Shown: piece by piece, positions 38,396 to 48,254 of the stretch | How the letters are laid out: every line of letters begins with the position of its first letter | How positions within the stretch are numbered: the first letter of the stretch is position 1 | Origin: Rebecca billardiae RCC1528 | Taxonomy: Eukaryota > Protista > Haptophyta | DNA length: 64,000 nt | Direction of reading: 5' to 3' | NCBI GenBank assembly: GCA_965240325.2 | Contig: OZ251250.1 | Span: 1 to 64,000, forward strand | Notes under the pieces: generated by a model | What the model was told of the DNA's origin: nothing | The model's database searches: none | What the model saw: the letters and a program-made list of their open reading frames with translations, nothing else | Program-made: the position numbers and the translations under genes

Positions 38396-41169
38396 CCGCA
38401 GCTGGGACATCCATCTGTTCGGCCTCCTCGCTGGGGAGCGTCAGGTCGAGCGCCGGAACTTCCGACTTGCGCGAGCCCAGCAGCCGGCCGAGCGGCGCCC
38501 AGCCGCGCGCGCTCTCCCCCTCCGCGCGGCGCAGCGTGAATGAAGGCGGGCGCGCACGACGTTGATTGAGAAAGAGCTCCTCCTCCTGCACGCGCAGGCT
38601 CCACAGCACAAGCGCGCCCGATGCGAAGAGGAAAGCATCGAAGGGTGCGGGCAGCGCGTGCTACTGCTCGTCGCGCTCCCACTGAGAGCGCGACGTGGGC
38701 AACGTGAACGTCACGTGCCGACGGGCGTCGGTCAGACGACGTGGACGGGAGGCGAGCAGCGCGGCGGAGGAGACGTGGGTGCCAGTGAGCGTGCACGGCG
38801 CGGACGGCTCCCCGCAGCAGGGCGGCGTCGTGTGCTCGCCCGCCGGCCGCCTGCTCTAGGATCCTCAGAATCCTCAGAAGTCCGCCTCGCCGGGCCGCGT
38901 TGAGAGCCCCAACTGAAAACTCCCAAGGGGGGCTTCCAGGTCTTGCATCTGAAGACCACGATCTCCGTCCGATCTTCGTTTAGTCTATTGGTGCGACGAA
39001 GCAGGAATATGATTTTCTTTTGTCCTCCGCGTGTCGATCTCGCCGGCTCGCAAGCCAAGCCTTTCAGAAACGCGGCGGGCGAGCTGCAACATCTGCTGCA
39101 GATCTGAGATCGGCTCGTGCTCGACGAGGGCGGCGAGGAGACGGGTGCGCGCCCGCGAGCGAGCGTACCTGAGAGTGATATCGGCATCCGATCAGGAAGA
39201 GCGGGTCGATCTGCCCGCATCTCGTCGCACGATCGCGAGAGCGCACGTGCGGTCGACGAGGAAGAAGGCCCGCATCGTGGCGTTTCCGCCAGTGGCGGGC
39301 CGGCTCGAGATTTGACGGCGAAACTCCAGCGGATTCTTAAGGCTTTTTCTGGTGCGCATTCCTGAAGAAAGTTTAATCATATATACCCACTTACCCGTAT
39401 ATAGTATGAGTGTTACCCACTTTATATTATCCGTGGATGCGGTTCACTATATATTCAAATTCGTTCCGATAAGTGGGTACGTTTGTTGGGTCATCGAATA
39501 GGCGCCCGGAGCGACGCGGACACAGGCACTCCCGGGCCGCAACCGGCGGACTGCCTGCGAGTGGCAGTGTTTGTGGCGGGCTGCGTGCCGAGGCACACAC
39601 CATCGCCCGCCACCGAGCATGCCACCGTCGTCACACGGGAGCCCTCCACCGTCGAGGCTGGACTATCAGCCAACGCCACCGCCGGAGCTTGCCGCGTTCA
39701 GCGGCTTCCGTGCTCGTACTCCGCGTGTCACCGGTCGTCGTATGCCCACCCGCGTGAGGCCGCCACCAGTCCACGACTACCGCAGCTGCAGCCCATGCCG
39801 CCGACGATGCCTCCTACCATCTTCTCGCCAGGCAGCAATACGATAGGTTCACCGACGCTGCTGCTAGGCTGAGAGCACTCAGCCAGTTGGCCGGCGAGAC
39901 GTCAGATGGTTGAGCTGCTGGCCTAGCCATCACGTTGCGGCTTCCGCTCGCTCAAGTACACCCAACGTGACGACGAGGACGTGCCGGGCAATCATCAGAC
40001 ATGCGTCTGGGGGGCTACTACGCCTAGCCGTAGAGTTGCTGAGTACGAGTCTTCGCAGACCACAAGCGGAACGAGTGGGACCACCCGATGGCAGGAGCAA
40101 CAGCGTGGGGTGGCACCCGCGCCTGTCAACGCGACCGCGTTCTGTCAAGAATGGACCCATATCCTGCGACCACCCTCGAGCACCGCAGGCTATGCCCACA
40201 CTCGGCATAGGGAAGGATGGCTGAGCGCCTGCTGCCGCTGTCAAAGGCCCTGCTGATCTTCCTGGCGCTGGATCGTGCACACGGATGGCAAGTCGGCGTG
40301 CTCGCCGCACATCGCGGCGGCTTCTCAGCATCCCAAGTCCTCAGTGCACCCATCCTAGGCCTGCTGGTCGATGATTGGTACCAACCCCCACCAAACACGC
40401 CCTCTCGGAAGTCGCCAATCGCTTACATGACTCCCCGAGAGCCCGGGGCTGGCTGTCGTGCGTTCTCACGAGCAGCTTGCGCGCAGCCCAATTGTCACCT
40501 TCACGGTGCGTTGAGCTGCTCAAGATGGCGGGAGCGTCAAGAGCATGCCCGAGCACGATACTGGCCCATGCCTCCCGTCGCCTGACCCGCATGTGGCAAA
40601 AACTGGCCCTGCTCGAAGGCACGGGTCGAACACCCGCCGATCGATTCAAGTTGTCTGTACGCGTCTAGCCGGGCGAGAGTCAAACATGCGGGCACGTGCC
40701 AGGCGGGGGATGTGTGACCACGGATCCCATCCGTGAGCACGCGCAAAGCGCTCGAGCGCGCGATAGGTGTTGGCTGTGGTCTACCCGACACACGGCGGCT
40801 CGGTCCCGCTGGAGAGGCGCTCCGACATCGTCGGGAGCGTTCAGATCGGACCTCGGCCGGCGGCCCGGCGATTTTCCCGAGCCGCGCCCCGCGCGAAAAG
40901 AATTCCGGCGAGAAAACCCGGTAAATGTTTAAAAGAACGCTGGAAAATCGCCAGGGCCCACCTAGCGGCAGGTGTGGTGATGCACAGATGACGATCGACG
41001 AGACGCACACAGCCCACATACTACAGTCTTCAATCGTAGTACCGTTTGAAGTGCCGTCAGTTCCAAAGTGCGCCGTGCCCACTCGGCTTAGCCAGAGGCA
41101 GGCACCAATCCGGCGACAGAGGCCTCTAAGGAGGGTCCGGACCGCTCTGTGACTGACTGACAGCTCCTA

Positions 41170-43420
41170 CTCGGGCCGGGGGTTTGGCGGTAGCGAAGTT
41201 TGTAACTTTAACAAACTGTTTCAGCTTCGTCGGCGTGCGCTATTTTGAGCGCGCGCCTATGAAGGCAGCTGCTATTCACAGGCGAGTCGCCTATGAAGCC
41301 GGCTCCTATGTGTCAATACCTTACGGGTACTTGGGAGCGGGCGCTCATATGGCTCACCAGGCCGCGAGGCTGCGCCATGCCACCCATCTGCACGTCGCCG
41401 AATCGGCCGCAAATCGGATGCGAGAGGCGAGGCGGAGGACGGCAGACATTCGCCATGAGCGTGGTGTCGATCCTTGTTGCGTGCGCCACCGTCGTGCTTG
41501 CTCCCGCCGCCGGGAAGCAGGCGCGCAAGCTGCCGTCCACGCAGGAGGACAATTCCTATCGTTCAACGCATGCGCAGAGCTCTCAATCCAAGTACATGGC
41601 GGTTGGGCGACCCTCTCGCCGTTCGTGGACGCTGCCATACCGTACTGCGCGAACTCTTGCTGCTACCTGCTCCGCCCAGCTGGCACGAAGGTGGGGCGCG
41701 AGGTGTTCTACTGGCAGACGTCTGGCAGTAGACACCCTGACCTCGCAGCTGATGCTTCCCTCAGTGTGCTGTCCCAGTTGACAGACATGTCGTGGCTTGC
41801 GTCTCGGGGGCAGGTATTCATCTACCGTAGCGCTTCGCCGAGCTACGCCCAGCGCAAGCCGCCTCAGTGAGCACCGCTCTGAAAGCCTCACCGACCTCTG
41901 CGTTCTATCGCGTGCCGCCTCTGAATGCGTGATGCGGTTGAGCTGCCGTTGCACGCGGCGTGTGGCTCGAGCTCGCGCGGGGCTTGGCGACGCACACGTA
42001 CGTGCGGAAAGCCGCATTGCCCTCGGCCTACGCCGCGTTCGACCGCGCGATGGGCGCGGGCACGCTCACCGGTCAGCGTGCGAATGAGCTGCGCGCGCTG
42101 ATCGCCGGTGAGCTCAGAGCTGCGCGCGCTGCCGGCAGTCATCCCTGCGAGTGCTGCGGGGCGAAGCGGTGGGCGAGGCGCCAGCAGGAAAGCTCGCAAT
42201 CGTCGACTCAGCGTTCGTCATGCTGCCCCCGCTGCCACCTGACGCGATTGGCCTGCAGTTGAGGGCGCCAAGGCGACGCTGCGCCCGCTCCTGGGGGCAA
42301 CCGGCGGCTGAGGACGAGTCGAGCGATGCAGTTTGACTATGGGCTGACCGTTGACGATGATGCTAATTGCTACACGTACTACTACTGATGACGATTTTGA
42401 CGCGCTGCTGGTCTCGGCGGTCATCAGCTGAGCCTGCGTGTGAGACTTGTTTCTCTCAATGCTGCCATCCGCCGCCGGATATGTGACTGCATGTGAGCCC
42501 ACGATTATCACTTGAGCTCGGCGCCAGCCCGATCGAAAGCAGCCTGAGCCTGAGGCCCCGGGCCCGGACGGGCGGACAGTCTGACAAGCTGCAGACGACT
42601 CACAGACGATCAGCTGCTGACAGATGATCACGGCGACATGATGACGATGGGCGCAGTCGCGGAAGGCCCACTTGCCACGGCCTACTTCAGGATGCGCAAA
42701 GGGGTGGTCAACATTAGATATCTGCTAAGGTGACAGGAGCTGTAGCCGCGGGCCGCAGCAGCGGCGCGCAGCGCGCATGCATGCACGCGCGCCTGACAGA
42801 TGCTCCGGGCACGAATGATTGCCCTCAGCTCGACCCAGACGAGTTGAAGCATGGCAGAGTGGCGCCGTGCACACGTTCACATCGATGGCCTTGCGACCAT
42901 ACAGTCTTGCCTTGTACGCCCGCGAGGTCAAACCACAGCTGTGGCTTTGGATCCGAGGTCCGCCGAGCACCACCGCGGTACAGGCCCAAGCCTTGGCAGT
43001 GCGAGCAGTCCTCTTGAGTTCGGAGATCTGGAAAGCCTGCATCACCTGGCCCACAGCGCGCAGCATCGCGAAGCTGTGGGCCCGATCGATCCCCGTGCGA
43101 ACAAGACCAAGGGCAATGCTCGCTACGTGTGAGCAGGTGCTGATTCTCCTACTGTACGGCACCCGCTCGGGAACTTGTGCCCCGGTCTCGACATCCGGGT
43201 ATCGCCCGGATCATGGGCCGGGGTATTGGTCGCCGCGCCGCCCGTCCCATCAACGCAACAATCGCAGCTGCGGCCTGCTGCACCTCCGGTCCCGCGTCCT
43301 CCCCCGGCGCGGCCATCACCGTCGTGCGGCATGGATCGCGTCCGCCACAGTCCCGCGATTTTCCGAAAAACCAACGGCCGATTTTTCGGAAAATCCTTAC
43401 CACCAAACCCCCGGCCCGAG
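41170..43420. mobile_element. 2251-bp non-autonomous element with TA target duplication (Tc1/mariner-like)
   Basis: 23-bp TIRs CTCGGGCCGGGGGTTTGG(C/T)GGTA flanked by TA (41168-41169, 43421-43422). Absent from the paralogous spacer at ~6874-6890. A 14-bp-stem hairpin lies at 43357-43395. Confidence 0.82.
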
Positions 43421-43517
43421 TAGCTATGATCTTGAGTCTGCAGCTCAGCCAACGGACACTGGACAGCCCGCGGCGACAGCGCTTGACCGCACCGACTGCG
43501 CGGCGCCGGCGGGAGCG

Positions 43518-44858
43518 ATGGCCAGCACGGCACAGGCGTACGCGCGTCGCCTCGCACTCGACGACGTGCCGCGCGAGGTGCTCGACCGCATACTCGTGTT
43601 CCTTACGCCGCGCGACCTCGCCAGCCTGAACGCCACCGCGCGCCTCTTCCACGCCGCGCCGCCCGGCGGGTGCTCGGCGGTCGAGCGCGCGCTGCGCGAG
43701 CGCGCGTGCGCGCGCGGGCACGAGCGCGCGCTGCCGGCGACGCTGCCCTCGGGCGTGCGCACGTGGACGACGGAACTGCTTGCTCGCGAGCGTGTGCTCG
43801 AGCTCGCATGCTCACACTCGCCTCCGGTGGCGGCCGGCGTTGGCTTCAGCGCGTGTGTGGACGCGGAGGGCGGGCTGCACACGTGCGGCGAGGAGGAGGT
43901 GCCTGATCAGTCGGAGCCGGAGAGCGACGACGAGGACGAGGACGGGGAGCCGACGGGCGCGTATCGAGCGCCCGCGGCAATCAGCCACTCGGGCATGCCG
44001 GCAGTGCTTGTGCCGACGCGCGTCGCCTCCCTCAGCGCCGTGCGCGTGTGCGCTGTGGCCGCTGGCCGGGCCCACCTGCTTGCGCTGAGCGACGCCGGCG
44101 CCGTGTACGGCTGCGGCGACAACGGGTTTGGCCAGCTGGGGCTGGGCCACACGGAGGAGCAACGCGTGTTCGCTCTCGTCGGGCTGCTCACGAGTGAGCC
44201 CGTCGTGTGCATCGCGGCAGGCATCGAGCACAGCCTCGCGCTCACCGCCGCGGGCTGCGCGTACAGCTGGGGCCACAACGGCTTCGGCCAGCTCGGCCAC
44301 GGCGACGGGCAGCATCAGCACACGCCGAGGCGCATCGAGGCGCTCGCGGGCGTGCGCGCCGTGCACGTGAGCGCGGGCGGTGGCCACAGCCTGGTGGTGG
44401 ACAGCGAGGGGACGGTGTACTCGTTTGGGTTTGGTGAGGATGCCGCCCTCGGGCACGGAGACACGCGCGAGCAGCTCACGCCGAGGCGGCTTGACGCCCT
44501 CGCGGGTGTGCGCATCGTGCGCGCGTGTGCTGGTGGCCTCAGCAGCGCGGTGCTGGGCGCGGACGGCAGCGTGCACACGTTTGGGAGCAACGGGTACGGC
44601 CAGCTCGGACTGGGGCACGGAGGCGCGGCCCTCGAGGCTCCCACGCGCGCGGGCGCCCTCGCCCACACGCGCGTGGTGCACTGTGCCATGGGCTACCACC
44701 ACTCGCTGTTTGTGAGTGCGGACGGCAGCGTGTACGCGTGCGGCGAGCGGTCGGCTGCGCTCGGGCTCGGCATGAGCGAGGCCGAGCAAGACGAGCCCAA
44801 CCATCGGGTTGACGCGCCCGTGCTCGTCGAGACGGCGTGGTGTGCCCGTGTCTGCTGA
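43518..44858 (+). CDS. F-box + RCC1-repeat protein, paralog 4 (446 aa, six-repeat form; recent duplicate of paralog 1)
   Basis: MASTAQ start at 43518. Shares the acidic insert and the same repeat deletion with paralog 1. Confidence 0.88.
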   Translation: MASTAQAYARRLALDDVPREVLDRILVFLTPRDLASLNATARLFHAAPPGGCSAVERALRERACARGHERALPATLPSGVRTWTTELLARERVLELACSHSPPVAAGVGFSACVDAEGGLHTCGEEEVPDQSEPESDDEDEDGEPTGAYRAPAAISHSGMPAVLVPTRVASLSAVRVCAVAAGRAHLLALSDAGAVYGCGDNGFGQLGLGHTEEQRVFALVGLLTSEPVVCIAAGIEHSLALTAAGCAYSWGHNGFGQLGHGDGQHQHTPRRIEALAGVRAVHVSAGGGHSLVVDSEGTVYSFGFGEDAALGHGDTREQLTPRRLDALAGVRIVRACAGGLSSAVLGADGSVHTFGSNGYGQLGLGHGGAALEAPTRAGALAHTRVVHCAMGYHHSLFVSADGSVYACGERSAALGLGMSEAEQDEPNHRVDAPVLVETAWCARVC

Positions 44859-45288
44859 TGCGCGCCTCTGCCGACGCTCCGCTGCTCCGTTGCAGTCGTG
44901 GGCGGCGGTGGCAGCGGACGCAGCAGCCGGGCACGGGCCGCCACCGGCCCACGGCGCCGCCGCCCAGGCTGGCTGGCGCCCGGCGGTCGGGCGGCCAGCA
45001 GCGCATCATCGCCTCGAATCTGAGTTGTATTCAAGTGGGACATGCCCGCTCGGCTTAGCAAGAGACAGGCACTGTCAATACTCAATCCGGCGACAGAGTA
45101 GACTGTCTACAGACTCCTCAAGTTCCTGGCCGTGGCGACCCGGACCGCTCTGTGACTGATGACAAATTAGTGATGACCAGTCCGGGCAGCTCAGGCACGC
45201 CGCACGGACACAGTGGGCAGCGCGCGGGACAAGCGCCCCGCCCCGCCGGCGCGGCGGCCGGCGTCGACACTTGCTCGTGGCGGGAGCG

Positions 45289-46758
45289 ATGGCCAGCACG
45301 GCACAGGCGCACGCGCGTCGCCTCGCGCTCGACGACGTGCCGCGCGAGGTGCTCGACCGCATCATCGTGCTCCTACCGCCGCGTGACCTCGCCAGCCTGA
45401 ACGCCACCGCGCGCCTCTTCCACGCCGCGCCGCCCGGCGGGTGCTCGGCGGTCGAGCGCGCGCTGCGCGAGCGCGCGTGCGCGCGCGGGCACGAGCTCGC
45501 GCTGCCGGCGACGCTGCCCGCCGACGTGCGCACTTGGACACAGGAGCTGTTCGTGCGCGAGCGCGTGCTCGAGCTCGCATGCGCACACTCGCCTCCCGTG
45601 GCGGCCGGCGTTGGCTTCAGCGCGTGTGTGGACGCGGAGGGCGGGCTGCACACGTGCGGCGAGGAGGAGGTGGGCGACGAGGACACCTGGCAGCCGACGG
45701 GCGAGTATCGGGCGGATATGGCAATCGGTCATCCGGGCGTGCGGGCAGTGCGCGTGCCGACGCACGTTGCCTCCCTCGGCGCGGTGCGCGTGGTCGCGGT
45801 GGCGGCTGGAGACAACCACCTGCTCGCGCTGAGCGACACCGGCGCCGTGTACGGCTGCGGCTACAACGACTCCGGCCAGCTTGGGCTGGGCGACACGGAG
45901 GAGCAACGCTCATTCACTCTCGTCGGGCTACCCGCGAGTGAGCCCGTCGTGTGCATCGCGGCAGGCACCGACCACAGCCTCGCGCTCACTGCCGCGGGCT
46001 GCGCGTACAGCTGGGGCCACAACTACTGCGGCCAGCTCGGCCACGGCGACAAGAAGCGGCGGTGGGAGCCGACGCGCATCGAGGCGCTGGACGGCGTGCG
46101 CGTGGGTGGGATGGCCGCGTGCGGTGCCCACACGCTGCTTCTCGATGTGTACGGCGCCGTCTACTCGTGCGGCAGTGGCGAGTTTGGCCAGCTCGGCCAC
46201 GGCGACGAGCTGCATCAGCACACGCCGAGGCGCATCGAGGCGCTCGCGGGCGTGCGCGCCGTGCACGTGAGCGCGGGCGATGGCCACAGCCTGGTGGTGG
46301 ACAGCGAGGGGGCGGTGTACTCGTTTGGGTGTGGTGAAGATGGCGCGCTCGGGCACGGAGACACGCGCTCGCAACTCACGCCGAAGCAGCTTGACGCCCT
46401 CGCGGGTGTGCGCATCGTGCGCGCGTGTGCGGGCAGCTGCGGCAGCGCGGTGCTGGGCGCGGACGGCAGCGTGCACACGTTTGGGCACAACGAGGACGGC
46501 CAGCTCGGGCTGGGATCTGGAGAGGTGCGCCACGGCGCCCCGTCGCGCGTGGGTGCCCTCGCCCACGCGCGCGTGGTGCAGTGTGCCATGAGCTACCACC
46601 ACTCGCTGTTTGTGAGTGCGGACGGCAGCGTGTACGCGTGCGGCAAGCGCTCGGCTGCGCTCGGCCTCGGCATGAGCGAGGCCGAGCAAGACGAGCCCAC
46701 CCAGCTGGTGGACACGCCCGCGTGCATCGAGACGGCGTGGTGTGCCCGTGTCTGCTGA
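45289..46758 (+). CDS. F-box + RCC1-repeat protein, paralog 5 (489 aa)
   Basis: Intact ORF with F-box and seven repeats. Confidence 0.88.
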   Translation: MASTAQAHARRLALDDVPREVLDRIIVLLPPRDLASLNATARLFHAAPPGGCSAVERALRERACARGHELALPATLPADVRTWTQELFVRERVLELACAHSPPVAAGVGFSACVDAEGGLHTCGEEEVGDEDTWQPTGEYRADMAIGHPGVRAVRVPTHVASLGAVRVVAVAAGDNHLLALSDTGAVYGCGYNDSGQLGLGDTEEQRSFTLVGLPASEPVVCIAAGTDHSLALTAAGCAYSWGHNYCGQLGHGDKKRRWEPTRIEALDGVRVGGMAACGAHTLLLDVYGAVYSCGSGEFGQLGHGDELHQHTPRRIEALAGVRAVHVSAGDGHSLVVDSEGAVYSFGCGEDGALGHGDTRSQLTPKQLDALAGVRIVRACAGSCGSAVLGADGSVHTFGHNEDGQLGLGSGEVRHGAPSRVGALAHARVVQCAMSYHHSLFVSADGSVYACGKRSAALGLGMSEAEQDEPTQLVDTPACIETAWCARVC

Positions 46759-47089
46759 TGCGTGCCTCTGCCGACGCTCCGCTGCTCCGTTGCAGTCGTG
46801 GGCGGCGGTGGCAGCGGACGCAGCAGCCGGGCGCGGGCCGCCACCGGCCCACGGCGCCGCCGCCCAGGCTGGCTGGCGCCTGGCGGTCGGACGGCCAGCA
46901 GCGCATCATCGCCTCGAATCTGAGTTGTATTCAAGTGTGACATGCCCGCTCGGCTTAGCAAGAGACAGGCACTGTCAATCCGGCGACAGAGTAGACCGCA
47001 CTGTGACTGATAAAGTGACCAGTCCGGGCAGCTCAGGCACCGAGGCACGCCGCACGGACACTGGACTGAGCAAGCGCGCGGGGACAAGC

Positions 47090-48198
47090 CAAGGGTAGTA
47101 CAGTAAGGGTGAGCAACTCCGCTGGCGACAGCCGCGAAGGTCGGCAGCCCTCTGTTTGCCGCGAGCGGAGCGGAGCGAGTACTATCAGCGGCGGAGGGCG
47201 CTGAGGCCGCGCACGGCGTGAGGCGCGGCGTCGGCCGAGTCGGTCCGCGGAGGATGCGCGGCGCTCGGCCCGCTGCGCAGCGGCAGTGCGCCTCACTTGT
47301 TCCGTGCGCCGTCCTCCGCGTCGCCTCCTTCCCGCCTTGGAGCAGCACGCATGTGCGCGCCGCCACCTTGAAGGCGGCACAGGGTTGCTCAGACGACCGC
47401 GCGCGCGTGGCGCGCGACTTGGTCGGCTGCGCGCGCGCGCCGCCGCGGTGCAAGGTAGCGCCGCCGCATGCGCGCGCCGTGCCCGCGCGAGCCTTTGCTC
47501 ACGGCCATCTCATGAGCGTAGTGCTCGCTTGTCTGCTTGCTCTCACGAATGATTTGCTGTGCCTCACGCTGGCACTCGTCGGGTCGATCAGCGAGGTGTT
47601 GAGTGACATTGGATACCCAGGACGAAGGCCTAGTCTTGTCTATTCCTTCTCAGCAAGAATGCAAGTGGACGCTAAGGCTCCGCATCGATGGTACCAACAC
47701 TCTCGCCGCTGTCTTTTCCAGCTTCCCGTCAGTCCGCAAGTCGGATGCCAAGCAGCATTCGACATGTGTGTGAGGTCGCACTCAGGTCCGCGCACACGCT
47801 CTCGCGCTGGCACGGCGCGCGCATGCGGCGGCGCTACCTTGCACCGCGGCGGCGCGCGCGCGCAGCCGACCAAGTCGCGCGCCACGCGCGCGCGGTCGTC
47901 TGAGCAGGCCCGTGCCGCCTTCAAGGTGGCGGCGCGCACATGCGTGCTGCTCCAAGGCGGGAAGGAGGCGACGCGGAGGACGGCGCTCGGGGCAAAGTGA
48001 GGCGCACTGCCGCTGCGCAGCGGGCCGAGCGCCGCGCATCCTCCGCGGACCGACTCGGCCGACGCCGCGCCTCACGCCGTGCGCGGCCTCAGCGCCCTCC
48101 GCCGCTGATAGCACTCGCTCCGCTCCGCTCGCGGCAAACAGAGGGCTGCCGACCTTCGCGGCTGTCGCCAGCGGAGTTGCTCACCCTTACTACCCTTG
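47090..48198. mobile_element. 1109-bp foldback element with ~400-bp inverted arms, CAAGGG termini and 7-bp TSD (P superfamily, Galileo-like architecture)
   Basis: Arms ~47090-47491 and ~47801-48198 are near-perfect reverse complements. TSD GACAAGC at 47083-47089 and 48199-48205. The empty site gggacaagcgcccc is seen at ~45226-45239 and ~50046-50059. Confidence 0.9.
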
Positions 48199-48254
48199 GA
48201 CAAGCGCCCTGCCGGCGCGGCGGCCGGCGCCGACACTTGCTCGTGGCGGGAGCG

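Larger units (their letters stand above)
33898..39383. mobile_element. Nested Mutator(MULE)-like element, 55-bp perfect TIRs, 9-bp TSD
   Basis: TIR TATATGATTAAACTTTCTTCAGGAATGCGCACCAGAAAAAGCCTTAAGAATCCGC at 33898-33952, inverted at 39329-39383. TSD TACCCACTT at 33889-33897 and 39384-39392. No intact transposase seen. Confidence 0.88.
33523..40964. mobile_element. Outer DNA transposon (7442 bp including nested elements), TAGG...CCTA termini, 7-bp TSD, hAT-like termini
   Basis: TSD GCGGCAG at 33516-33522 and 40965-40971. Imperfect TIRs: TAGGTGGGTCCCT..GGCGATATTC / TAGGTGGGCCCTGGCGATTTTC. The empty site is visible at the paralogous position ~6679-6690. Confidence 0.85.

Noticed and set aside
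42819-43517. N-terminally extended F-box/RCC1 ORFs (679, 597 and 622 aa) as TE-gene fusions
   Set aside because: The extensions start at non-ATG codons in TE or spacer DNA. All paralogs share the MASTAQ ATG.
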